The position numbers were made by a program, and so were the translations under genes. 64,000 nucleotides of DNA. Source: Gnetum montanum. Lineage: Eukaryota > Plantae > Gnetophyta. The notes under the pieces are model-generated. The model did not search any database. It was given only the letters and a program-made list of their open reading frames with translations, and was not told where the DNA came from. How positions within the stretch are numbered: position 1 is the stretch's first letter; each line of letters opens with the position of its first letter. The stretch spans positions 62,001-126,000 of the forward strand of contig MNCI01000527.1 in the NCBI GenBank assembly GCA_015680685.1, read 5' to 3'. Shown piece after piece: positions 25,990 through 37,195 of the stretch.

Positions 25990-27621
25990 CTAGTGCCTCT
26001 GCTTGAGTACGTGTCGTAATTGGGATTTTTGGCTTTCCATCTTGGCTTCTAAGAGCTTTGCTTTGAGGGTATTCTTTGGGAAAACCTTTGGCCACTCAAT
26101 GAAACCCTTGATACCTCTGGTTACATGAGGATTGCCAGAATCAGGGGAAGTCCATGTACCTAATTTGGTGGGGCTGTAGGCTCCCTCCACACCCTGCGGA
26201 CCGGGTGAAGTCATGGAAATCAAGCTTTTTGTAGCTGTATGATGCTTTCTCTCAACGGGATTTGCCTTGAGACTGTCTCTCTTCTTCCAAAAATGGACTA
26301 TAGAAGATTTCTTCGTCTGTTCTTTGGAAAATGGATAAAGCTCAATGTCATTGCCCATGAAGCTGGAATTCCTTTTATCTTCGCCCTCTGTTCCGCTCTC
26401 ACAGAAACTAGTATCTAGCTTGGCTCCATTTAAGGATGTCTTGCTTTCTCCAGAGGATAGACTGGAACCCTGGTCGCCTTCCTCACTTGCATAGTCCCAT
26501 TCACTCTCCTCTTCCCCTTCCTCTTCCTCTTCATCTCCCTGTCTTTGCTCTTCATCTCTGAAAGATAATAGCTTATCTTCGTCGTCTCCGCATTTAGATT
26601 CGTCATGACTTCTTGCAGAAGCGATGCTAAAGCTTTGGTTCCTGGGTGCTAACGTATGAAGTCTGGTTGTACTGGCAGGGCTATAGCAAATATCATCATC
26701 CGCATCCTGGCCATTCCGGGCATCAGATGTCTCGTTGTTACCTTTAAATTGATTCATTTCCTCAAAAGCTGAAAAGATGTCATCTGAGGTAGGAGGCTCG
26801 TAGGAAAATTCCTTGATGTCATGAATCTGTATTGAGTTGGCAACCTCTCTGAGCAATTGTGCATCCCGCATATCCGCAACAGGATCGGAAGAAATTCCAC
26901 TTCCTTCGCAAGAGAGTCGGGAGTTTATGAAGGTTTCCAAACCTTCTCGCAGTTTATCCAAAGCTGCACTCTTTTCTTCTAAAGCAAGTTTCGCTTCAAT
27001 CAACTTCATTTGCACCCTCTCTTCACGCCAAACCTCTGCCATCTGCAGCATCTTACGCTCTTCCTCAACTTCTTCTCTGACTTTCATCGATTCCCGTTTG
27101 AACTCCTCTACCTGAGCTTTGTCCTCCCCTATCTCTCTTGCCAGCTCATTGCAGACGTCCTCCATAAGTTTCCTGTCCTTCCTTTCTTTATCATGCTCCT
27201 GGAGAGCCCTCATTACAGTGATTTTGGCCTCAGCAAGTTCCTTTGCCAACTGTCCATTGAGCACTTCCAGCCTTTTCTTTTCCTTTCTTTCGCCATGCAG
27301 CTCCTCCTTTAGCTTTCGGATTACTTTTCTAACCTTTTCCTGCTCCTTCCCCTGCCATACAGCTCGATCTTCTGCATTTTTTTTCAGCAAACGATCCACT
27401 TCTTTCCGTGAATACCTCTGTGCGTGCTCCAGCTCCCTGACCAGGTGATGGGCTTGATCCAGTTCTCTTCTCAAAGCTGTCACGACAGATACACTGACTG
27501 TCTGTTGTTCTTCCAGCGTCCTGATGCCATTGTAAACCTTGAAGACTTCATCTGAAGTCCTGAAGATCGAGTCCCACTTTGTTGCCTTCTCAAGCGAGAA
27601 CCTTAGCTGAGTTGAGTCATC
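25990..27621 (-). CDS. Exon 3 (terminal) of a plant coiled-coil protein, At5g41620/At1g50660/BRANCHLESS TRICHOME-like family
   Basis: Intact long ORF with family motifs EKATKWD, EDVCNELAREI, MLQMAEVWREERVQMKL, NPHVTRGIKGFIEWP and LKAKLLEAKMESQKSQLRHVLKQ; phase-0 acceptor TGTACAG|GAT at 27622/27621. Confidence 0.9.
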   Translation of the reverse strand, partial: DDSTQLRFSLEKATKWDSIFRTSDEVFKVYNGIRTLEEQQTVSVSVVTALRRELDQAHHLVRELEHAQRYSRKEVDRLLKKNAEDRAVWQGKEQEKVRKVIRKLKEELHGERKEKKRLEVLNGQLAKELAEAKITVMRALQEHDKERKDRKLMEDVCNELAREIGEDKAQVEEFKRESMKVREEVEEERKMLQMAEVWREERVQMKLIEAKLALEEKSAALDKLREGLETFINSRLSCEGSGISSDPVADMRDAQLLREVANSIQIHDIKEFSYEPPTSDDIFSAFEEMNQFKGNNETSDARNGQDADDDICYSPASTTRLHTLAPRNQSFSIASARSHDESKCGDDEDKLLSFRDEEQRQGDEEEEEGEEESEWDYASEEGDQGSSLSSGESKTSLNGAKLDTSFCESGTEGEDKRNSSFMGNDIELYPFSKEQTKKSSIVHFWKKRDSLKANPVERKHHTATKSLISMTSPGPQGVEGAYSPTKLGTWTSPDSGNPHVTRGIKGFIEWPKVFPKNTLKAKLLEAKMESQKSQLRHVLKQRH

Positions 27622-27743
27622 CTGTACAGCAATTCGGATAGTTCGGTTTATGGCACTGGTCATGGAATTTTTAAGACGGTTGGCATAGACATGAAAAATC
27701 TATGATATATTACACGTAATGAAAACAACAGATGACACCTTAC

Positions 27744-27884
27744 ACTTAAGCTATCATCGTTAATCACGGAAGCTGTTGTCTGAACAGGTTTTTGGTTCTT
27801 CTTGGCTTTAGCAAGATGGCGATAACTAGACTTCATTACTCCTTTTTTGCTAGAATTTGCGATGCCCACACGCACATCGACACC
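27744..27884 (-). CDS. Exon 2 of the same gene
   Basis: Acceptor TTTTGCAG|GGT and donor AGT|GTAAGG; 141 nt, open, phase 0 at both ends; leaves a 122-nt intron. Confidence 0.6.
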
Positions 27885-30383
27885 CTGCAAAAGAATGCGA
27901 TGTCAACAACGTCACTATATAAATTAGCAAGATCGTCAACTAGCAGATCGTCTATATAGCAAGATCGTCAACTAGCAGATCGTCAGAGCCGATACTTATT
28001 GGTGAGAGTATTTTTTTAATTTCTTTCACATGTTATCAATTTTGAAAGTACAAAGTCTTCTCTAATACCTGTTATAATGACGCTGACTAAAACTCAAAAT
28101 ATAGAAAAGCTAGTGCACAACTCCTTGAAGAAACAGGATCAGCTAAAAGGCACACAATGTTCTATTTTTTACTTAAANGTATACCTATGGTACTGAATTA
28201 ACGTCATATCATAGATACTCATGGCACTGTGTTAACGTCGTATCATTGACTGAAAAATCAAATCAAAATCAGCGTCGTTGTTATAAATTCAATTCAAAAA
28301 ATCTGAGTAAATTGGTGTAAGAATCGGATTAAAATCATCCAAAATAGAGTAGTATATCTACCCATGTTGGTAGCTGCATTTTCCAATTTGGAATTTTTTG
28401 CATTTTCCAATTTGGAATTTTTTTCATGTAACAGCTCAGTTAACATGGAAAATTAAATATAGATATTTTTGTTTTCCATTGGCATCAACATTAGGAACAA
28501 ACAATATAATCAATAAAAATATAACACTATTTATATTAAATGTCTAATTTTGAATGGACTTCACTATTCCGATATATTGCAAATCTGACCATTAATTGCA
28601 GATTTGTCATCAATTAGGCTGTTAACCCTCTTCTTTTAAGGCAATGCAGGTTGGCTCCATAAATTAATAAAAGGGGAGAGGGGATTCATGTTAGCCAAAT
28701 AAATATTACACAAATTTTCTGTTGAAAACGAAAAAATCAATTGATCGGAGAAAATCAATTGATCGAAGAAATTATTCTTCTTAATATCTGAAATACAATT
28801 ATGCAAGATTTAAATCCCCTCCTCTCACCGGTTTAAGATAAAATTTCTTTTCTATTCCCACTACTATGCTAGAATTCAGAATTTAGCAAGCATCTTACCT
28901 TTTACTACCTTTCCGATGTTTGTGGTTTCTGGTAGTAATCATGGACATCAATATTCCTTTTTTTTTAATTGCCACAACTGGTATTGCAAGTTCGTCGCTT
29001 CATGTTGAGTAGCTTCGAACACCTGCTTGGAAAACTTAATGTCTTTTGCTGCTATGATTTCGTAGGATATGCAATACATTGTCAAAGTGCTTTAGCCTGC
29101 TTTGGTAACAGGTCGGCTTCCAGCAACATTATTTCATACCGTCTCCAATTTAACCTTAAAGTTCTTTTAGGAGGAATTTTCGACCAAGCAGAACATCCAC
29201 CAAGGATCACAATTGCTATTGAAGCTTAGAGAGCTAAACCTTAGTTTGGATGAATTCTAATTGGAGCATCTATTGAAGCATCTATTCAGGGCCCGAAAAA
29301 AGAAATGCCAAATTTCCACTTTCATCCATCAGCGTTGACAGGGGAGGATACAATCGTTAATCGTTGTCGGAACATATGTCCGTTTCAGCATTTTAATCCA
29401 AGCTCTCAAAAGGCCTAAAAATTCGTACACCAATGGCATTTGAGACTCCTTAAACAGTGCTTCCATGAACAGAGTCTGAAATAACAATTTCAAACCTGAA
29501 CCGAAACAAAAGAAAAAAATCAGTGTAAACGAAGCTTGAAAGCCTTCAATCCGTAGAAGTCCCAAATGGTATATATAAGACAATCCCGAGACTAGGCAAT
29601 TGCTCTAAAATATCCGTAAATCGCAATCTGACAAACAGCCCTGGCTTTGAAGATGGAATTAGAGCAATGTTCAGTACAATTACAATCCACTCTGAATGCG
29701 CAGTTCGTTCAAAAATTTTGGTATATGTCAGCCATTTCGGAATGAAAGATGGTGAAATTTCTTATACCTAAGAAGATTGTGCCAGAAAATGGAACAAAGC
29801 GTAGATCGACGAGAGAGCGTCCGTTACAGTTAGAAAACCTCGAACTTGACCCTAGAGGCTTCAGAAGGTTATCGGATACCGCCGTACAGCTAACAGCAAG
29901 CATGTTTTGCTTTTCGAGACGTGTTGGGAAAAGCAAAAGAAAAATGCAAGCCACCTATCATTCGCCAAAAGCATCCCATCGGCATTCGCCACGCCGGAAC
30001 CCCGCAAAAGCATAGGCCATCATTACCATAACCTTAAAGCACCGATAAGCACCTAAGTCGCGCACTCACGCTACGAAACCTAAGGGGCCCGATTCAAATC
30101 CATCCTCTGAAAACCGAAACAACGAGAGAAATCACAGAAGCTCACACGGACGCCAGCAAAGAGCACAAGCCGAGGTTATTCCCTCAAATCGACAAATCAC
30201 TAACTCGGAGTTTGCAGAAAGGTTGAACGACATGGCATTACACTAAAGCTCTCTCTCAGAAACGCTTAGAAACAGCGCAGATCCATGCGAGAAATCCACC
30301 GAAAGGAAAGCGTCACGGAAAAGGAATACATTACCAAAATAGCGTTACAGAAAAGTGAGAAATAAAAGAAAAAAGGCATGCAC

Positions 30384-30737
30384 CTGAAGCGATCTGGAAC
30401 AAGGACGCGGAAAACGCACAGCATCCGTGACAATGGGGTCGCCGGCGTGACCCTGGCCCACGCGATGCATCCACAGCCTGGCTGCCATTTTTCTGGCCGA
30501 AACACACACAGACACGCCGTTGCCATGGCCACAACGCTTCACACCTCTACCTTTGCCTCTGCCTCCTCCTCCTCCACTTGTCCCAGCGCTAGACTCAGCC
30601 AAAATCGCTGCGCCTTTGCTCAAAGCCACATGTGGCCCCGCTGTCTTTGAGTTACATCTATCACTCTTCATCTTGCTCGCCGCCGTCGCTGCAGCTGCTG
30701 CTTCTGCTTCTTGCGAATCCGCCTGCTGCTGCTCCAT
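30384..30737 (-). CDS. Exon 1 of the same gene
   Basis: Contains the family motif VSARKMAARLW (VSARKLAAxLW); donor CAG|GTGCAT; 354 nt, phase 0. Start could instead be ATG 30671. Confidence 0.75.
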
Positions 30738-30983
30738 TCATTCATTCATTCGTCAAAGCGAATGCATTCTCAACTGCCGCTTTCTTTCTTTCTTTCTTCC
30801 CTTCGGAGGCCCCGCCTGCTCACGCACTTAGTTCATGCGTTTTGCTGCTTTTTCTCTCACATTCACACACGAACATCTCCTCTCCGCCTCCGTTTGCTAC
30901 TCCGGACAACTACTACTCTGGTCAATCAAATTCAAGCTGAAGTTAATAAAACACGGCACTCCTGACACTCTCAGACACACTGA

Positions 30984-31014
30984 GAGCAGCAGCAGCAGCA
31001 GCAGCAGCGGCAGC
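30984..31014. repeat. (AGC)n microsatellite
   Basis: Direct reading of AGCAGCAGC... Confidence 0.9.
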
Positions 31015-31477
31015 GAAAGTTGGAGTTGGAATTTGACGTTTATTTTAGTTTAGCCAGCTACGGTCGTGGCCCTGGCCGCGGCTCCGCTGGGGAGCATGGC
31101 ATCCGAGGACGCTGTGCCACGTGTCGAGCAAGCGTGTTACCCGACGGGCAAACCCTGCAATTAGTAGCAGCAGCAGCAGCAGCGCCTCATGCTGCAGGCG
31201 GCCACCGGGCACGGTACCGCCTGGAAGGCTTTTCTCTCAGCCACATAAATGCGCGCTTGTAAAAAACACATAAATAATAATAAATATACATATATATTAT
31301 TTTTTCTTGTCAGTAAGCGAGCTTGAAATGTACGAGGCATGGCATGGCATGGCACGGCATGTGCGTGTGCATGAGTGCATATGTTTGCTGACTTGGCACA
31401 ACGTGGAGAGCAGCAGCCCACGTTGGGGCGTGGGCCCGGTTCATTGTATTTGCGGCTTCGTGGGAAACACCAGCGCA

Positions 31478-31516
31478 CCTTCCCTTCCCTTCCCTTCCCT
31501 TCCCTTCCCTTCCCTT
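31478..31516. repeat. (CCTTC)n microsatellite
   Basis: About 7-8 tandem pentamer units. Confidence 0.9.
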
Positions 31517-32896
31517 GCCTATTCTTCTGTCCTTCCCTTCCTTCACAGGCAAGCCAACTCCCATGCCTATATTCTGCGTTGGTTCCGGTTGCTGCTTTGT
31601 GTGTTTGTTTTCTAGTGTAGGGACGTGTCGTGACCTGACCTGACCTAACCTAACCTGTCATTTGATGTTGCCCATGGTTCCTCACTGCGGATCCCTTGCT
31701 CTTCGTTAATTATTTGCTTTGGCACTTCCTTTGGGGGGCTGTACCTTGTATTAAGTTTTTTGCCCGCAACATTATCATCATCATCATTGCTCTCGGTTTC
31801 CCATGGTACATCTCCTTAAGTTTAGCCATTACCGTTTTCTTTTACACTTGGTTGGGTTAGAACGTTGACACTTCTGTTTGTACTTAGGACGAGTGACGTC
31901 AAGTCAAGGCGCTGATATTGGTGTTGGTGTTGCTTTTGGTGGTGGTGGGCCCTATAAATTGTACCCGACCATTTACGTTCATTAAATATTAATGCACGTC
32001 CTCATTGTGTCCAACATTGCCAAAGCTTATTTTTGTTCCCATTAGGTCATAAATAACCCATGTTATTGTATGATGTCGTATATGCCCATCGTAGATGGAT
32101 TCTTGTCGCAATGGTCCCACGGCATGCCCATCATGTATGGTTAAAGATGTACTTGAACGAAATGTAAAGCCTAAACTGCATTTATGCCCTCAAATCCAAA
32201 AACAAAACAAGGCAGAAAAAAAACATTGGTTCGCCATTCTTCCTGCTTCGGTTGCTCGCCAAGTCAACACCCAAGTAAATATCTTTTGTGTTTTTTTCTG
32301 TAATTTTTTTCAGAATCGGCATGTAGATTGTTTCTCTTGAAAACTACAGAGCATATTGGCAACATTCTTTTGCTTCTTTGGCTTTGCCTACCTTTGTGTA
32401 CATTCTCTCAATCGAATTATTTATATTGTAGTCTTAGAGCAAGTTGCAACCGTAATTTATCAACAAAGTGAAAAAACACAATTTTTATTAGTGCAAAATG
32501 TCGCTTGTGATGTATTATTCATAGGTTCAATCTCAACCATAAGTGTATTGTCTGTTTACCCACATCGAACTCGTAACAAATTTTTCAATTAGGAACCAAG
32601 ACTTTGTTCAATTTCAGTGCAAGTCTATGCAATTAGCAATATTTTTTTGCAGTACAAGGCTACACAACTCACACATTTTTTTTTTAAATAGTCCTTTAAA
32701 TTATGGAACATAATGTGTCTCGTAGTAGCAATATTTTTCAATGTTAGTAGCACTCAATGTGAGTATATGCTCTCGCACTTTAAATCTGAAACATGCCAGC
32801 CATTGCAACTTGTAGGATGAAACATGCCAGCCATTGCAACTTGTAGGATGTCACAGTTGATAACAAAAACAAGATAGTAATATTACGAATCTATGC

Positions 32897-33192
32897 ATCT
32901 TGCACTATTTGTGGACGTGTATTCAAATTGGAAAAGTGCAACATGCAGTTTCGTGGCACTACTTTTTTTATTTTTCAAATTTCAATTGCAAGAGACTTGC
33001 ACCTTGTAGTTTGCTAGCACTACATTTGTGAGCCAACTGCTACCTCTTGCACTATTTGTGGACATGTATTCAAATTGGAAAAGTGCAACGTGCAGTTTCG
33101 TGGCACTACTTTTTTTATTTTTCAAATTTCAATTGCAAGAGACTTGCACCTTGTAGTTTGCTAGCACTACATTTGTGAGCGAACTGCTACCT
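32897..33192. repeat. Near-perfect tandem duplication of about 148 bp (plus a 31-bp duplication at about 32788-32850)
   Basis: TCTTGCACTATTT(T)GTGGAC...AACTGCTACCT occurs twice. Confidence 0.85.
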
Positions 33193-34394
33193 GTAATCTT
33201 ATAGCATTGTTTCTAAGTTTTCTATTGAGTTTCACATTGCAAGAAAACTCTCAAGTTCTTCATGAAAAAGGCTTTTCTAAGGTCTTAGTATAAGAATTTA
33301 TATAAATTCTCAATTAAACTAGAAAGGAAATACAAAACTTTATTTTTTCTCAAAGACATGAATGACAATGTACAATGGCAAAAAACATACTCTCAAGGAG
33401 ACAATTAATTAATCAAATTGTTACACTCTCTTACAATACAAGCTTGATCATATAAGTTTGTATATCTATTTTTGAATTAAGTGCTAACATTGTATACTCC
33501 TAAGCTTTCGTGGATCATTTCCAATGAGCTTTTTTTGTAAAACTATTGCATATGTTACTGTAAGTCAATTATAGCAATACTATGACTTAAAATCAATATT
33601 TTTAACCTATTGAAATATTAAGATACATCATTTAAAATGTTGACACCATGTGTCTTTCTTAGGTGGAGAAGGGTCCTTATTGCATTTAGTTGTAGGCATT
33701 GAAGAGATTATTTTTTGATATCTCTAAACTTATCTTATTATTTACTATTTTAAAGCTAATAACTCATATATCAAAAATAAGATGACCATTATTTTAATAT
33801 TTGATCATTGATAGTGGTTTGATGCAATATTAATATCTCCGTATGCATGACATATAATTGTTTTGGTGTGTGACAACATATTAGCAATTTCTTCAATGTG
33901 TGCTAATAATGTTAATATTAATGCAACATAGCTACAATTAGCTAATTGTTTGTGAAAATTTGCCTTCATAGCAGTTGTTATTGTCAAAGCTCTATATAAT
34001 TATGAATGTGGTTAAAGCTAAAGGGATCTTCCATTTGAGTAGTTGTATTTTTTGAATTGTGGTTATTTCAAAAATATAGTAATACACTTTTTGATTAATT
34101 TTGTTAGTGTTATGTTATTCTAAATGTTATTTAATTTCTGAAATTGTGGCTATTGCCTTAGTTTGTGAACATAATGTTGAAAGTATTATAGAGTTGCCAG
34201 AAATGTCTATCCTTTTTGAGAAATAAAAAAAATTAGAGTTTATAATTGGATGACAATGGAAGGCTATCATGATAAAAATGTTGTTTATAATTTTTATGAA
34301 TGGTTGACTAATGGTGTCTCAGATAAGGTAAATACTTTGCAAGTTAGCAGCCTCTTCCAGTGTTAGAAACCCTTGCCACCAACACATACATTGT

Positions 34395-34626
34395 CTCTAC
34401 TAGGGTTGCAAGCCATGATAAGCCTTGCTTGGGCTGCGCTAGCCCTTTGTGCAAGTTGCACAAGCCTTTCTTGGGGCTACATGGATCCTTGCACAAGGTG
34501 CACATGCCCTAATTGGGGTTGCGCAAGCCCTTACAGGGGCCACATTGGCCTTATCTGAGCCATGTTAGCCCCTACGCATGCTGCACAAGCTTGCACATAG
34601 GCTGCATTGGCCCTCATGCAAGGCAT
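34395..34626. repeat. GC-rich ~21-bp minisatellite of small palindromes (GGGCT-N5-AGCCC)
   Basis: About 10 diverged units, e.g. GGGCTGCGCTAGCCC and GGGTTGCGCAAGCCC. Confidence 0.65.
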
Positions 34627-34913
34627 GCAATAAAAACAAATGTCGTCACTACTTAGCTCTGAAACCAGGCTAGGTCACCACTCAGATCCAACGTTGATCT
34701 ACTCCTAACACCACCACTAGCCCACCATCATGGTCATTGTTGCTATCGTCCCTACCCTAACAATGACAAAAAGAAAATTTGACGAAAAATTCAAAATTCT
34801 GACAGAAATTCAAAATTTCTGTCTTTAAATCATTAGTTTAAAAGTAAGAATGTGCAAAAATAATTTAAGAAAAAAAAAAAGAATTTGATGCCTTGGTAGC
34901 AATAAGGAGAAAA

Positions 34914-34977
34914 AATTCGTAATTAAGTGCACTTGTCCTAAAGTAGTATTGGGATGGGTGACCTCTTGGGAAGTCTC
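34914..34977 (+). pseudogene. 5S rRNA-derived fragment (internal control region: A-box, IE, C-box)
   Basis: AATTAAGTGCACTTGTCCTAAAGTAGTATTGGGATGGGTGACCTCTTGGGAAGTC aligns to plant 5S AGTTAAGCGTGCTTGGGCGAGAGTAGTACTAGGATGGGTGACCTCCTGGGAAGTC; the 5' part of 5S is missing. Confidence 0.85.
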
Positions 34978-35622
34978 CTTTTTCACACTAAAGGTTCTAG
35001 ACTCCATAAGTCATAATTTTTGATTTTGGAAGCCTTTTTTAGTAAACAAGGAGTTGTTTCTTATATATTTCAACCTTTTGGAGATGGAGAAGTCAAATCT
35101 GCCCCATGAAACCTCAAAAATTAGTTTTCACCCCTTGCTTGGCATAATGTCTCAACACCCTCAAAAGTTTAATTTTAGTGTGACTTAAGCATATGATGTC
35201 CATTTTTAATATATGAATAGTCATTTTCAACATTTTTCACCCTTTTGAACTCAATGGTAAGGTCAAATTTATCATTCAGGTGCCCAATAATTCAGTGATA
35301 TCATGAAACTGTATCTTAAAAGTTGACAACATAAGGATAACTAATCATGCCTTGTTGGGACTAACAAATTTAACTTTTTGGAACATTAAGATTCAATGCT
35401 TAACCTTTACTGATAGTCTTAAGATCACTAACCCCTTGTGAGTCATTAATTACATTGCCAGAGTTAGTGTTCTTTAGGGGGGTAGAAAGGTTGTTAGGAA
35501 TCAGATAATGTAGTAAACCAATTAATCAGTTAATATATTAGTTGATGATCAATTAATGAACAAAAACGATTAAGAGGATGGAGATCAATTCACTTTCCAA
35601 TCAAATCATATGACACAACAAC

Positions 35623-36797
35623 ATGGAGAGTCATAATTTCATCTTCATGAGGTTTATGATACCCATAAAGATAAATGACCCAAAAAAGAATCCAAGAATG
35701 AGAATGAAAGCTACAACATACAACGTGCTTGCAAGATCCCTAGCGAGTGAGAAACAACATCCATTATATCCACCATGGGCCTTGTATTGGCATGAATATC
35801 GATACCCACATATCTTAGTAGAGTTGCAAAATTTGGATGCTGATGTTATATGTTTACAACAAGTCTTGCCTTGGGAATTCCTATATCAATTCCAATCGGA
35901 CTTGGAAAACATGCGATACAAATGTATTTATAAGCGAAAAAATTCTTATGGAAGTTCTTCTTTTGAGCCATATAGATTAGCCTATTGTAGAAATCACATG
36001 GATGGTTGTGCGATCTTTTATAAAGAAGCCAAGTTTGAATCAGTACACAGATTTAAATGGAGTTTAGAAAATATGATTTTCAAGATTCCAGAACTTCAAA
36101 CCATGGGGAAAAAAAAGAATAGCCAAGATTTCAGAAAAATGACATAGCCTTTTCAATCATTCTAAAAGTCCATTTATCAAGAAGATGTGTATGTGTGGTT
36201 AACACACATTTAATTGCCAAATCAACATGTTCAGATGTTAGATTGTGTTAAGGAGCATACTTGTTTAAGCAAATTAAAGTTTGAAAAATAAGTTATGATT
36301 AAGCTATAATGCTAATTGTTCTTTGTAAATAATTTAATGCAAAAGTTTGAAGTAGTGTTTATCAATTCTTAAAATATGGATGTGTAATGGAATCCTTGGA
36401 AGATGAATATGATTTGGAGAAGATATTTTCATTAATTCAACATGCAATTCCATTAGCCAGTGCATTTTTAGCTTACTTTGAATCTTTAATAGATAAATTA
36501 GATACCAGAATTCAAGAATAGATGATGTTGATGGATAGTACTCATTAAGAACCACAACTCAGTAATTACTTTGCTCTGATTAATGAGGATGGGTCAAACA
36601 CATTCTTCATTGAGACTCTGGATTATATTTGGTACAATGTACGATTCTTCCTAGTTACCAAGTTACTAAAATTAATTTCCAAAAAAGAAGTGGAGAAAAA
36701 TCAAGATTAAGCCTTACCATCTCGAACAAGACCATTTGATCATATGCCACTTATGACAGAATTACAATTACTCCCATCAGTTCATAAGGTTGAGTAA
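35623..36797 (+). pseudogene. Intronless CCR4/nocturnin-family (EEP) deadenylase pseudogene
   Basis: Ordered motifs TYNVLA, DADVICLQQV, DGCAIFY, then after a frameshift near the A-run at about 36110 VVNTHL, DVRLC, LCxxFN (GDFN decayed), FIETLDYIWY and ALPS...PFDHMPL; stop TAA at 36795-36797. Confidence 0.88.
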
Positions 36798-37195
36798 GAT
36801 TAGGAAGTATCTTACTCTTACTTATATTGATAAATCTTATGATTTTCTTTATTGTTTAATTTATATTTTAATTAGATAAGTAAAATATCTAAGGTAATGA
36901 AAGTCGAAAATAAAGGATTTGCCCTACCTTCACTTAGGTAACCAGATCTAAGTTGCACTTTGTGTGACCCTAATTAGGATTAGTGATTGGTGGTTGGTAG
37001 ATCTTTAATTCACCTCTTGTCATTATCTTAAGAAAATGAGGTAAATATTAACATATATATTTTGTTTGTAAAATGAGTAAGAAACAACTTCAAGTTCAAA
37101 GGAGAAATCAAATTATCAGAGCATAGGATCATGACAAAAGCATTGGAGCTGGAAAAAGATAGTGAATATGGACTTGTTCGAGGACAAACGAAATC

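Larger units (their letters stand above)
30740..31960 (-). promoter_or_regulatory. GC/CpG-rich 5' leader and promoter of the coiled-coil gene
   Basis: CpG retained, unlike the TE flanks; G-box/ABRE GCCACGTGTC at 31116-31125; ACGTGTC at 31623-31629; TGACGTCA at 31894-31901; (TGACC)3 at 31631-31645; site-II TGGGCC at 31946-31951. Confidence 0.55.

Noticed and set aside
26837-27448. Plus-strand ORFs overlapping exon 3
   Set aside because: Antisense shadows of a real coding exon; no motifs.
27700-27743. Alternative 44-nt in-frame intron (acceptor CATAG at 27700), or start at ATG 27663
   Set aside because: Shorter than typical plant introns; the 27622 acceptor gives 122 nt and fits the family's spacing before EKATKWD. 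An upstream conserved exon also exists.
30266-31620. Many overlapping short ORFs in the GC-rich island
   Set aside because: Explained by low stop-codon frequency and microsatellites; only the 30737 frame carries a family motif.
34914-34977. Functional 5S rRNA gene
   Set aside because: Only about half the gene, with many transitions and not in a tandem array.
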